NCBI GenBank assembly: GCA_963712105.1 | Contig: CAVQGR010000014.1 | Coordinates: forward strand, 39,546-103,545 | Reading direction: 5' to 3' | Length of the DNA: 64,000 bases | Source: an uncultured beta proteobacterium | GTDB taxonomy: Bacteria > Pseudomonadota > Gammaproteobacteria > Burkholderiales > Casimicrobiaceae | In this document: positions 42,077 through 52,726 of the stretch, in pieces | Numbering within the stretch: the stretch's first letter is position 1 | How the letters are laid out: each line of letters begins with the position of its first letter | Program-made: the position numbers and the translations under genes | Notes under the pieces: model-generated | The model's database searches: none | What the model was told of the DNA's origin: nothing | What the model saw: only the letters and a program-made list of their open reading frames with translations

Positions 42077-44659
42077 TCAGCGTAACTGCAAGTGCGGGGT
42101 CACTGCAAACTCGGTGCCGGCGATGTCGACCGCATAGCGGGCACCGGTCAGCAACGCGTCGGACAGTGCCGGACCATCAGGCTTGCCTCGCGCATAGCCC
42201 ATCGCAATCGCGCGGCCATGCTTGCGGCTATAGCCGGCCGAGGTGATCTCGCCAACATTGACGCCGTCCATCTGGATCGGCTCACCGCCCCAGGGAAACG
42301 CCGCTGGATCGTCGAAGGACAGCAGCACCAGCCGCTTTCGCACGCCCGCCGCTTGCTGGCTGACGAGCGCCTCGCGGCCGATGAAGGGCACCGCCTTGTC
42401 CATTTTCACCGCGTAGGCGAGGCCGGCCTCCCAAGGCGTCTCGTCGGGCGAGAGTTCGGCACCCCAGGCGCGCCGACCGGCCTCGATGCGCAGCGCGTCA
42501 ATGGTGTAGTAGCCGGCGTCGCGCAATCCATGCGCCGGGCCTGCACTCCACAGGGCGTCGTAGAGCGTCGCGCACTGGTCGGTGGGCACCACCATTTCAT
42601 AGCCGGGGCCGCCGACGTAACTCATGCGCGCGGCACGCACGCGGGTGTGCCCGACGTCGATGTCCGCGGTCATGGAAAAAGGCAGCGCGGCCTTGTCGAT
42701 GTCGTCGCCGGACAGCAGGTTCAATAGCGCCTGCGCCCTCGGACCCATCAGCGAAATCACGCTGAACGCGCTGGTGACGTCGACCAGCGCGGCGAACGCT
42801 TCGGCCGGGATATGGCGTTCGATCCAGGACGCGTCCCGCGTGGCCTGCCCCGAGCCGGTCAGGATGAAAAACGTGTCGGTGGACAGCCGGGTGATCGTGA
42901 GGTCACTTTCGAAACCGCCGCGCGCGTTGAGCATGGCGGTGTAGACCATCCGGCCGACGGGCACGTCGACATCGTTGGCGCACAGCCGCTGCAGCACGGC
43001 CAGCGCATCGCGGCCCTTGAGCATGAATTTCGAAAACGACGTCTGGTCGAAGACGACCACGTCCTCACGACAGGCGCGCTGCTCGTCGAGTATCCAGGGC
43101 AGCCAACCGGGGGCACCGAATGTCGGCGGTGGCACCGTGGCGCCCTGGGGCAGAAAATAGTTGGCGCGCTCCCAGTTGAGCTTGGTTCCGAATACCGCGC
43201 CCCTGGCCGCGAGCCGGTCGTAGAGCGGCGAGCGTCGCAACGGACGCACGGTAACGAGTTCCTCGCGCGGCCAGCGCATCGCGTAGTGCAGTCCCAGCGA
43301 CTCGACCGTGCGGTCGGCCAGATGGCGCCGGTTGGCATGTAACGGGGCGAAGCGGCGAACGTCGACATCCCACAGGTCGAGCGGCGCTTCGCCGCCGGCG
43401 ATCCACTCGGCGACCAGCCGTCCGGCGCCACCGGAATTGGCGATACCGGCAGAATTGAATCCGGCACAGACGAAATAGCCGCCGACCTCGGGCGCCTCGC
43501 CGAGAATGAAATTGCCGTCCGGGGTGAAACTCTCTGGTCCGTTCAGCAGCATCTTCACCTGCGCGGTTTCAAGGCAGGGCGTGCGGTGGATGGCATTGGT
43601 CATCAATACCTCGAACTGGTCCCAGTCCTCGGGCAACAACTGGAATTCGAAGTTTTCGGGAATCGGCGAGACGTTCCATGGCTTGGCCACCGGCTCGAAG
43701 CCGCCCATTACCAGGCCGCCGACTTCCTCCTTGTAGTAGATGAACCCGTCCGGATCGCGGATCACCGGCAGCGCGGGGGTGACGCCATCGATCGGCTTGG
43801 TGACGATGTAGAAGTGTTCCGCTGCGTACAGCGGAACGTTCACGCCCGCCATGCGGCCGAATGCGCGTGCCCAATGGCCGGCGCAGTTGACCACCGTCTC
43901 GCAGCGGATTGTGCCTTCATCGTCGCCGCTCTGCCACGCAACGCCAGCGACGCGCCCCGCAGTCACTTCGACGGCGGTGACCTTGACGCCCTCGTACAGG
44001 CGGGCGCCGCGTTGCCGCGCGCCCCGCGCCAGAGACTGGGTCAGATCGGTGGGATTGGCCTTGCCGTCGCCGGGGATCCAGACCGCGCCGGCCAGGTCGT
44101 CGGTACGCAGGATCGGCGCGATCTTCCCGGCCTCCGTCGGTGTGACGAATTCGAACTCGACACCGAAATTCTTGGCGCGGGACATTTGTCGGCGCAGCAG
44201 TTGCATGCGTTCGGGCGTTTTCGCCACGTTGAGGCTGCCGCAGGCCTTCCAGCCGGTGGCGAGCCCGGTTTCCGCCTCCAGGCTGGAGTACAACTCGATG
44301 CCGTAGCGGCTCATCCGGGTGGCGTTGCGCGTGGCGCGGGTCTGCCCGATCAGGCCGGCCGCATGCCAGGTGGTGCCGCAGGTGAGCCGGCCCTGCTCGA
44401 GCAGCACCACATCGGTAATGCCGAGCTTGGCGAGATGGTAGGCGGTCGACACGCCGGCGATGCCGCCGCCGACGACGACAACACGCGCCTGCGTCTGAAC
44501 AGTGCGGGCAGGTTCCCCCCGAACGGCGCTTTGCGCCGCTCCCCCCGGGGGGCGAGCGCCTTGGGACGGCCCTGCGGCGCTTGAATGTTCCCCCCGAACG
44601 GCGCTTTGCGCCGCTCCCCCCGGGGGGCGAGCGCCTTGGGACGGCCATGCGGCGCTCAT
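42077..44659 (-). CDS. FAD-dependent oxidoreductase with a C-terminal aminomethyltransferase (GcvT) domain, dimethylglycine/sarcosine dehydrogenase-like
   Basis: RVVVVGGGIAGVSTAYHLAKLG dinucleotide fold. The 860-aa length and the DAO plus GcvT-like architecture fit this family. The only in-frame start is the ATG at 44659 (GAGG 7 nt upstream), so the tandem repeat is translated. Confidence 0.85.
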   Translation of the reverse strand: MSAAWPSQGARPPGGAAQSAVRGEHSSAAGPSQGARPPGGAAQSAVRGEPARTVQTQARVVVVGGGIAGVSTAYHLAKLGITDVVLLEQGRLTCGTTWHAAGLIGQTRATRNATRMSRYGIELYSSLEAETGLATGWKACGSLNVAKTPERMQLLRRQMSRAKNFGVEFEFVTPTEAGKIAPILRTDDLAGAVWIPGDGKANPTDLTQSLARGARQRGARLYEGVKVTAVEVTAGRVAGVAWQSGDDEGTIRCETVVNCAGHWARAFGRMAGVNVPLYAAEHFYIVTKPIDGVTPALPVIRDPDGFIYYKEEVGGLVMGGFEPVAKPWNVSPIPENFEFQLLPEDWDQFEVLMTNAIHRTPCLETAQVKMLLNGPESFTPDGNFILGEAPEVGGYFVCAGFNSAGIANSGGAGRLVAEWIAGGEAPLDLWDVDVRRFAPLHANRRHLADRTVESLGLHYAMRWPREELVTVRPLRRSPLYDRLAARGAVFGTKLNWERANYFLPQGATVPPPTFGAPGWLPWILDEQRACREDVVVFDQTSFSKFMLKGRDALAVLQRLCANDVDVPVGRMVYTAMLNARGGFESDLTITRLSTDTFFILTGSGQATRDASWIERHIPAEAFAALVDVTSAFSVISLMGPRAQALLNLLSGDDIDKAALPFSMTADIDVGHTRVRAARMSYVGGPGYEMVVPTDQCATLYDALWSAGPAHGLRDAGYYTIDALRIEAGRRAWGAELSPDETPWEAGLAYAVKMDKAVPFIGREALVSQQAAGVRKRLVLLSFDDPAAFPWGGEPIQMDGVNVGEITSAGYSRKHGRAIAMGYARGKPDGPALSDALLTGARYAVDIAGTEFAVTPHLQLR

Positions 44660-44661
44660 GT
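44512..44661 (-). repeat. Two tandem ~75-bp copies of a palindrome-rich GC element, in frame at the 5' end of the DMGDH-like gene
   Basis: 44512-44580 and 44587-44655 are identical except for one base, with a period of 75 nt (25 codons). Each copy contains CGGCGC-TTT-GCGCCG, the self-complementary CCCCCCGGGGGG, and GGCG-AG-CGCC. The translated repeats read AAWPSQGARPPGGAAQSAVRGE and AAGPSQGARPPGGAAQSAVRGE. Confidence 0.9.
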
Positions 44662-44696
44662 CACTGCCTCGCCTTGATCGATTGCATGATGTTGCC

Positions 44697-45542
44697 TCAC
44701 AGTTTGAGGGTCGCCACGCCGGCCACTACGGTGGCTGCGCCAACGATACGGGCCAGGCCGAACCCTTCCTTCAGAATGACGGCGCCGATGATTGCGGCGA
44801 ACAGCACCGAAGTCTCGCGCAGCGCGGACACCGCTGCGACCGGTGCCCGGGTCATTGCCCACAGGACGATCGCATACGCGGCGACGCTGAACAGCCCGCC
44901 GAGCAGGCCGCGCCGCCATTGTCGGCCGACATAGTCAAATGCACGCTGCCCGCGGCGGAGGCCGATCCACAGCATGAACACCACACCCTCGGCGAACGAC
45001 AGCCACAGCACGTACGACAACGCATTGCCCGAGGCACGCGCGCCGGCGCCATCGACCAGCGTGTAGACGGCGATGATCGCGGCGTTGGTCAGCGCCCACC
45101 AGACGGCGCTGCGCGTGTGGCGGTGGCGTTGCGAAAAGGCGATGGCCACGATGCCGGTGCAGATGAGCAGGATGCCCAGCGTGATCTGCGCCGACGGCAA
45201 TTCGCGCAGGAATACCACCCCGAGCAGCGTCACCAGCAGCGGTGCGGTGCCGCGCATCAGCGGATAGGCAAACGACAGGTCCCCGGTGCGGTAGGCCTGT
45301 GCGAGCGTCAGGTAGTACGCGAAGTGGATGACCACCGAAGTGGCAGCATAGGGCCAGGCGGCGACATCCGGTGGCGCAATGAAGGGCAGGGCCAGCAGAG
45401 ATATTGCCGTCGCCCCGCCGACCACCGTCGCGGTGTCGAGTAGCGGATCCCCACCGCCCGCGGACTTGAGCAGCGCATTCCAGCCGGCGTGCAGCAGGCC
45501 CGCGCCAAGCACGGCGAAGGTGACGCCTAGGGAAAGCTCCAC
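44697..45542 (-). CDS. EamA/DMT-family transporter
   Basis: A 281-aa protein with about 10 hydrophobic helices and a two-repeat EamA organisation. The start is GTG. Confidence 0.8.
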   Translation of the reverse strand: MELSLGVTFAVLGAGLLHAGWNALLKSAGGGDPLLDTATVVGGATAISLLALPFIAPPDVAAWPYAATSVVIHFAYYLTLAQAYRTGDLSFAYPLMRGTAPLLVTLLGVVFLRELPSAQITLGILLICTGIVAIAFSQRHRHTRSAVWWALTNAAIIAVYTLVDGAGARASGNALSYVLWLSFAEGVVFMLWIGLRRGQRAFDYVGRQWRRGLLGGLFSVAAYAIVLWAMTRAPVAAVSALRETSVLFAAIIGAVILKEGFGLARIVGAATVVAGVATLKL

Positions 45543-45551
45543 TGTGCGGGT

Positions 45552-46118
45552 TCAGTCGGTCGGATTACCACTATTCGCCGTCCGTTGCGCAGCCTCCAGC
45601 GTCACGACGAAGTGCGCCAGCGGCGGCGTCTGCGCATCGGCGACCTTGGCAAGGTCATCCCACAGGCGCACGCGGACGGCGTCGTGCGCATGGGGTTGGG
45701 CGATGAAAGCCTCTGCCTCGGCAGCTGTGAAGGCGCCGCCCTGCAGGACCAGACTGCGTTTGGAATCGATCGACAGCGCGTCGGAATAGCCGGCGCGCGT
45801 TGCGCACAGGTAACGCTTGGCGTCGACATGCAGCCGGATCGGCGTGAGCACGTCGTCGCCGAACAGCGGGCGCAGGAAGGGCAGCGCGGCGAACTGGTGC
45901 AGATCGTCGACGCCGCGCAGCGTGGGCGTCTCGCCCTGGTCGTTGAGCAGGTGACCAAGGTCATGCAGCAGCGCAGCGGAGACCAGCGCGGAATCAGCGC
46001 CTTCCTCGGCCGCACGCGTGGCCGACTGCAGCGCATGCTCGAGTTGGGTGACCGGTTCGCCGTCATAGGCACGACCACCCTTGCGGGCAAACAACAGGCA
46101 GATATCGGAAATGGACAT
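45552..46118 (-). CDS. HD-domain protein of the phosphonate-cluster-associated (PhnZ/TmpB-like, putative diiron oxygenase) type
   Basis: Trimmed to the ATG at 46118 (MSISDICLLFARKGG...). The H...HD...H...H...D pattern is visible in [32 protein letters not shown] and LWDDLAK. Confidence 0.7.
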   Translation of the reverse strand: MSISDICLLFARKGGRAYDGEPVTQLEHALQSATRAAEEGADSALVSAALLHDLGHLLNDQGETPTLRGVDDLHQFAALPFLRPLFGDDVLTPIRLHVDAKRYLCATRAGYSDALSIDSKRSLVLQGGAFTAAEAEAFIAQPHAHDAVRVRLWDDLAKVADAQTPPLAHFVVTLEAAQRTANSGNPTD

Positions 46119-46140
46119 GGTGGGATCGGATTGGGTGAAT

Positions 46141-47868
46141 TCAGGCGGTGCGCGGCTTGCGCTTCTGCCAACCGGCGGGCCTTCCACGGACGCCCGGCGC
46201 TGCTTCAGGATCGTCGTCGGGCGCGGCGTCCGGCTCCTTGAGGCGAGTCCGCGCGAGGACGCCAGCCTGTTCCAGAATCGGGTAGGCGATCGAGCAGATG
46301 TGCGAGTTGATGCGCTTGAAGTCGGAGATCAGGTCGAGGTGCAGCGACGAGGTCTCGATACTTTCCAGCGTATTACCGGCAAGGCGGCCGAGATGCGAGT
46401 CGGCGTAGGCGCGCTCCAGATCGCGGAACAGCACCTTTTGCGCGAGCAGCTCCTGCGCGCTCTTCAGGTCGCCGTTGAGGAACACGCTCATGCCCAGGCG
46501 CAGGTTGGCGACGAGGCGCGCGTGCAGATCGCAGATCTCGGCCATGCCGGCGTCGGAGAAGTTGCGCTTCTTGTCGATCTTCTTGTCCTCGATGTCGGTG
46601 AGGACGCGCTCGATGATGTCGCCGACCTGCTCCAGGTTGATGGTGAAGGAGACGATGTCCGCCCAGCGCTTGCCTTCCTTGTCGTCCAGCGCCTCGCGCG
46701 AGACCTGCGTCAGGTAGAGCTTGACCGCGGTGTAGAGCTCGTCGACGACGTCGTCCTTCTCGCGCAGGCGCTGCGCCAGCAGCTTGTCGTCGGTGCGAAT
46801 CACGGCGAGCATGCCGTTGAGCATGTCCTCGACGACGTCGCCGATGCGCATGGCCTCGCGCGCGGCGTTGGCGATCGCCAGCGTCGGCGTGCCCAGCGCG
46901 GTGGGATCGAGGTGGCGCGGCTTGGACGGATCGTCGGCAATGGGTTTGTCGGGCAAAAGGCGCTCGGCGACCTGCGCGATCTTTTCGGTCCAGAAGATGA
47001 ACAGCAGCGCCAGTGCGACATTGAAGAAAAAGTGGAACAGCACGACTTCGCGCGCGGGGTCGAGATTCAGGCCCTCGATCCAGCCGTCGACGTGCCCGAG
47101 GAAGGGGATCGCCAGCACGCAGCCGATCAGCTTGAACAGGAAATTGCCCAGCGTAACCCGTCGCGCCTCCGGCGGCGAGCGCAACGTCGACAGCATGCCC
47201 AGCAGCCCACTGCCGAGGTTGGCGCCGAGAACCAGCCCCAGCGCGATCGGCAGCGGGATCATGGACAGCGAGGCCAGCGTGGCGATCAGCAGTACGACCG
47301 CCAGGCTCGAGTAGCAGAGAATGGTGAACAGCGCGGCGATCAGCATGTCGAGCAGCACGTCGCCGGTCAGCGAGGCGAAGATCACCTTGACGCCCGCGGC
47401 CTGGACAAAGGGTTTGGCGGCCACCGAGATCCACTGCAGCGCGAAGATGATAAGGCCCAGGCCGATGAGAATGCGACCGAAGCGGCCGACGTTGGTCGAC
47501 TGCCAGGCGAGGAACAATGTGACGCCGACGAAAATCAGCAGCGGCGCAAGCCACGACAGGTCGAAGGACAGGATGATCGTGACCAGCGACGTGCCGACGT
47601 CGGCGCCGAGCATGACCGCCAGCGCGGGCGCGGTGCTGATCAGCCCCTGACCGGCAAATGCGGCGACGATCAGCGCGGTCGCGGTGGAGCTTTGGATCAG
47701 CCCGGTGACGCCCAGCCCGGCCGCGAAGGCGGTGAAGCGCTGATTCACACTGCGGCGCAGGAATCGCCGCAGGTCGCCGCCGTACAGGCGCAGGATGCCC
47801 GTGCGCACGATATGCGTCCCCCAAACCAGGAGGGAGACGCCGGCCAGCAGGTTGAGCAGGACTTGCAA
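46141..47868 (-). CDS. Na+/phosphate cotransporter family protein with a C-terminal PhoU-like domain
   Basis: LLVWGTHIVRTGILRLYGGDLRRFL...GLIQSSTATALIV, plus a duplicated Na_Pi_cotrans-like membrane repeat. The soluble C-terminal helical region is PhoU-like. The start is TTG. Confidence 0.82.
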   Translation of the reverse strand: MQVLLNLLAGVSLLVWGTHIVRTGILRLYGGDLRRFLRRSVNQRFTAFAAGLGVTGLIQSSTATALIVAAFAGQGLISTAPALAVMLGADVGTSLVTIILSFDLSWLAPLLIFVGVTLFLAWQSTNVGRFGRILIGLGLIIFALQWISVAAKPFVQAAGVKVIFASLTGDVLLDMLIAALFTILCYSSLAVVLLIATLASLSMIPLPIALGLVLGANLGSGLLGMLSTLRSPPEARRVTLGNFLFKLIGCVLAIPFLGHVDGWIEGLNLDPAREVVLFHFFFNVALALLFIFWTEKIAQVAERLLPDKPIADDPSKPRHLDPTALGTPTLAIANAAREAMRIGDVVEDMLNGMLAVIRTDDKLLAQRLREKDDVVDELYTAVKLYLTQVSREALDDKEGKRWADIVSFTINLEQVGDIIERVLTDIEDKKIDKKRNFSDAGMAEICDLHARLVANLRLGMSVFLNGDLKSAQELLAQKVLFRDLERAYADSHLGRLAGNTLESIETSSLHLDLISDFKRINSHICSIAYPILEQAGVLARTRLKEPDAAPDDDPEAAPGVRGRPAGWQKRKPRTA

Positions 47869-47880
47869 GTCGTCCGTTCC

Positions 47881-49341
47881 TTACCAGGGCAGTGAGTAGG
47901 TCTTGGTGTTGGTGAAACTCTTCATCGCTTCCTGCACGCCTTCCTTGTAGCCCAGGCCCGAGTCCTTGATTCCGCCGAATGGCGTCAACTCCAGCCGATA
48001 GCCGGGGACCTCGCGAATGTTGACGGTTCCGACGTGCAGCTCCGACACAAACCGGGTGATGTAGTCCAGACGGTTCGTGCATACCGACGACGACAGCCCG
48101 TAGGCGGTGCCGTTGACGATGCCGATGGCCTCATCGATGTCGCGAAAGCGGATCACCGGCGAGACCGGGCCGAAGGTCTCGGTGTGCACGACATTCATTT
48201 CCGGCCGAACGTGGTCGATCAGCGTCGGCGAATACATCGCGCCGCGGCGGACGTTGCCTACCAGCAGCTTCGCCCCCTTCGCCACGGCGTCGTTGACCCG
48301 CGACTCGCAATTGATCGCGGACTCCTCGTCGATGACCGTGCCCATGTCCACCTTGGGGTCGGCCGGGTCGCCGTAGCTCCACGCGCTGGTGTTTGCCACC
48401 AGCCGCTCGACGAAGTCATCCGCCACGCTCTCGTGCACCAGAATGCGCTTGACGGCCGTGCAGCGCTGTCCCGAATTCTTGTACGAGCCGGCTGCGGCGA
48501 GTGCGGCGGCTTCGGCGATGTCGGCATCCTCCATGACCACGATCGGATCGTTGCCACCCAATTCGAGCACCTGGCGCTTGTAGACCGCCTTCGCGGCGAT
48601 GTACTTGCCGATGGGCACGCCGCCGGTGAAGGTGACCAGATCGACGTCCGGATTGGTGAGCATTTCGTCAGCGATCTCGCGCGGGTCGCCGGTGACCACC
48701 GAGAACATCGGCGGCGGCAGCCCCGCCTCGTAGAGGAGGTCGGCAAGCAGCAGCGCCGACAGCGGCGTCTTTTCCGTGGGTTTGAGCACCATGCGGTTGT
48801 TGGTCGCGATCGACGGGGCGATCTTGTGTGCGACCTGGTTCAGCGGGTGGTTGAAGGGCGTGATCGCCGAGATCACCCCAAGCAGCGGTTCGCGCAGCGT
48901 GTAGACCTTGCGCGACTTGCCGTGCGGCGTCAGGTCGCAGGAGAAGACCTGCCCGTCGTCCTGCAACGCGGCGTTGCCGGCAAAGATGAACACGTCGCAG
49001 GCACGGCCAACCTCGTACATCGAATCCTTCTTGCAAATGCCGCACTCGGCGGTGATGAGATCGGAAATCGCGTCGGCCCTTTCGCGCATCAGCGCCGCAA
49101 CCCGCCCCATGATTTCGTAGCGCTGGTAGCGGGTCAGTGTCGGGCGATAGGCGCGCGCCGCGGCGAAGGCCCGGCGGATGTCGTCGACGGTGGCCTTGGG
49201 CACAGTGCCGACCACCGCGCCGGTGTAGGGATTGTGGACGTCGATGACGCGGTCATTGCCCACCAGTTTGCCGGCGATGCGCATTTTGGCGTTGAGCGGA
49301 GCGCCATGCTTCACCTGCGCGAGTTCGGTCATCATGTTCAT
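47881..49341 (-). CDS. phnY: Phosphonoacetaldehyde dehydrogenase (ALDH superfamily, PhnY-type)
   Basis: ALDH motifs [11 protein letters not shown] and the catalytic Cys in [11 protein letters not shown]. The gene lies next to phosphonoacetate hydrolase. Trimmed to the ATG at 49341. Confidence 0.8.
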   Translation of the reverse strand: MNMMTELAQVKHGAPLNAKMRIAGKLVGNDRVIDVHNPYTGAVVGTVPKATVDDIRRAFAAARAYRPTLTRYQRYEIMGRVAALMRERADAISDLITAECGICKKDSMYEVGRACDVFIFAGNAALQDDGQVFSCDLTPHGKSRKVYTLREPLLGVISAITPFNHPLNQVAHKIAPSIATNNRMVLKPTEKTPLSALLLADLLYEAGLPPPMFSVVTGDPREIADEMLTNPDVDLVTFTGGVPIGKYIAAKAVYKRQVLELGGNDPIVVMEDADIAEAAALAAAGSYKNSGQRCTAVKRILVHESVADDFVERLVANTSAWSYGDPADPKVDMGTVIDEESAINCESRVNDAVAKGAKLLVGNVRRGAMYSPTLIDHVRPEMNVVHTETFGPVSPVIRFRDIDEAIGIVNGTAYGLSSSVCTNRLDYITRFVSELHVGTVNIREVPGYRLELTPFGGIKDSGLGYKEGVQEAMKSFTNTKTYSLPW

Positions 49342-49354
49342 GGACGAAAGGCTT

Positions 49355-51354
<2,000 letters not shown>

Positions 51355-51379
51355 CTTGTCATTAAACGGCGCACACTGT

Positions 51380-51395
51380 AGATTGTCAACAATCT
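51380..51395. promoter_or_regulatory. Perfect palindrome, a candidate GntR-type operator in the phnR/ABC-transporter divergent region
   Basis: AGATTGT-CA-ACAATCT has 7-bp arms and contains the GntR-family core GT-N-AC. It sits 26 nt upstream of the phnR ATG, in the AT-richer part of the 224-bp intergenic region. Confidence 0.4.
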
Positions 51396-51578
51396 GCAAT
51401 ATTCGCTGGATTGCCTCTGCGGGGTCGCGTGCGCAGACGCGTCGACCGGAAGACGATGCGGCGTCGTTGCCCGTAGCCCCACCCGCGAGTAGCATCCCCG
51501 GATGTTCGGGCAGCGGTATCCGAAGGCGGCGCAGTCGCCGGACGTTTTCAGCAAGTCCATGTCAACCAGGAGCACACG

Positions 51579-52613
51579 ATGAAAGTCGCAGCAGGAATTC
51601 GCTTGTTGTCGTCGGCGGCGTGCATCGCCGCGCTGGCATTCTCCGGCGTCGTCGCCGCCCAGAAAACGCAGCTCACCGTCTACACGGCGCTGGAAACCGA
51701 CCAGCTGAAGGCCTACCAGGAAGGATTCAACAAGGCGAATCCAGATATCGAAATCGTCTGGGTTCGCGATTCCACCGGGGTCATCACCGCCAAGATCCTG
51801 GCCGAGAAGGCTGCGCCCAAGGCGGATGTGATCATGGGCGTTGCCGCCACCAGTCTGGCCATTTTTGCTAACGAGGGCATGCTGATGCCCTATGCGCCGG
51901 CCGGCCTATCGCGGATCGCCGCGCAGTACCGCGACCCGAAGAATCCGCCGAGCTGGGTCGGCATGGACGTCTGGGGCGCCACCATCTGCTTCAACACGGT
52001 CGAGGCGGCCAAGCGCAACGTTCCCAAGCCGGAAACCTGGCAGGACCTGACCAAGCCGGTCTACAAGGGCCAGGTGGTGATGCCGCATCCGGCCTCGTCG
52101 GGCACGGGCTTCTTCGACGTCTCGGCGTGGCTGCAGATGTTTGGTGAAGCCAATGGCTGGAAGTTCATGGACGGTCTGCACGAGAACATCGCCCAGTACA
52201 TGCACTCGGGCTCGCGTCCCTGCGCCGCGGCGGCTGCCGGTGAATTCGTGGTCGGCATCTCGTTCGAATATCGTGCCAATCGTGAAAAGGCGCGCGGCGC
52301 ACCGATCGAGCTGGTGTTCCCGAAGGAGGGCCTGGGCTGGGATCTCGAGGCGATCGCCATCGTCAAGACCACGACCAAGATGGACGCCGCCAAGAAACTA
52401 GAGGACTGGGCGGTTTCCGATGCGGCCATGGCGCTGTATGCAGCCAACTTCGCCATCGTCGCCGTGCCGTCGATGTCCAAGCCGCTGCCCAATGTTCCGG
52501 CCGATTACGCCAGTCGACTGGCGAAGAACGACTTTGCCTGGGCTGCAACCAACCGGGAAAAAATCCTGGCCGAGTGGTCGAAGCGCTACGAGTCGAAGGC
52601 CGCACCCAAGTAG
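51579..52613 (+). CDS. Putative 2-aminoethylphosphonate ABC transporter, periplasmic substrate-binding protein
   Basis: Has a signal peptide and a Fe3+/AEP-type SBP fold pattern (LTVYTALETDQLKAYQEGFNK...). It is followed by an ATPase and a fused permease and lies next to phnW. An AGGAG ribosome-binding site is present. Confidence 0.75.
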   Translation: MKVAAGIRLLSSAACIAALAFSGVVAAQKTQLTVYTALETDQLKAYQEGFNKANPDIEIVWVRDSTGVITAKILAEKAAPKADVIMGVAATSLAIFANEGMLMPYAPAGLSRIAAQYRDPKNPPSWVGMDVWGATICFNTVEAAKRNVPKPETWQDLTKPVYKGQVVMPHPASSGTGFFDVSAWLQMFGEANGWKFMDGLHENIAQYMHSGSRPCAAAAAGEFVVGISFEYRANREKARGAPIELVFPKEGLGWDLEAIAIVKTTTKMDAAKKLEDWAVSDAAMALYAANFAIVAVPSMSKPLPNVPADYASRLAKNDFAWAATNREKILAEWSKRYESKAAPK

Positions 52614-52726
52614 CCAAACCGCAAGTTCGCGGGTGCCGACGCAAGCTGCCGGTGCCCGCGATTTCCCTGCGTTTCGGTCCGGCAAGGCCTCTCGCAGCTC
52701 ATCATTTCGACCGCCCGGGATCGCCC

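Noticed and set aside
44512-44661. Tandem structured elements upstream of a GcvT-domain gene looked at first like a tandem glycine riboswitch.
   Set aside because: The two units are near-identical copies of each other rather than two divergent aptamers. In the mRNA sense they lack the conserved glycine-aptamer cores I remember (GGAGAG... / ...CACCGAAGGGGCAA). They lie inside the only possible reading frame, downstream of the start codon.
44660-44696. A sigma-54-like sequence on the minus strand (GGCAAC-ATCA-TGCAAT) between the EamA gene and the DMGDH-like gene.
   Set aside because: The GG and GC dinucleotides are separated by 9 nt rather than 10, and the -24 element reads GGCAA rather than TGGCAC. 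I consider it too weak to call.
51355-51385. A possible Pho box (CTTGTCATTAAAC...) next to phnR.
   Set aside because: Only one TGTCA-like half-site is present. There is no second half-site at the 11-bp helical repeat.
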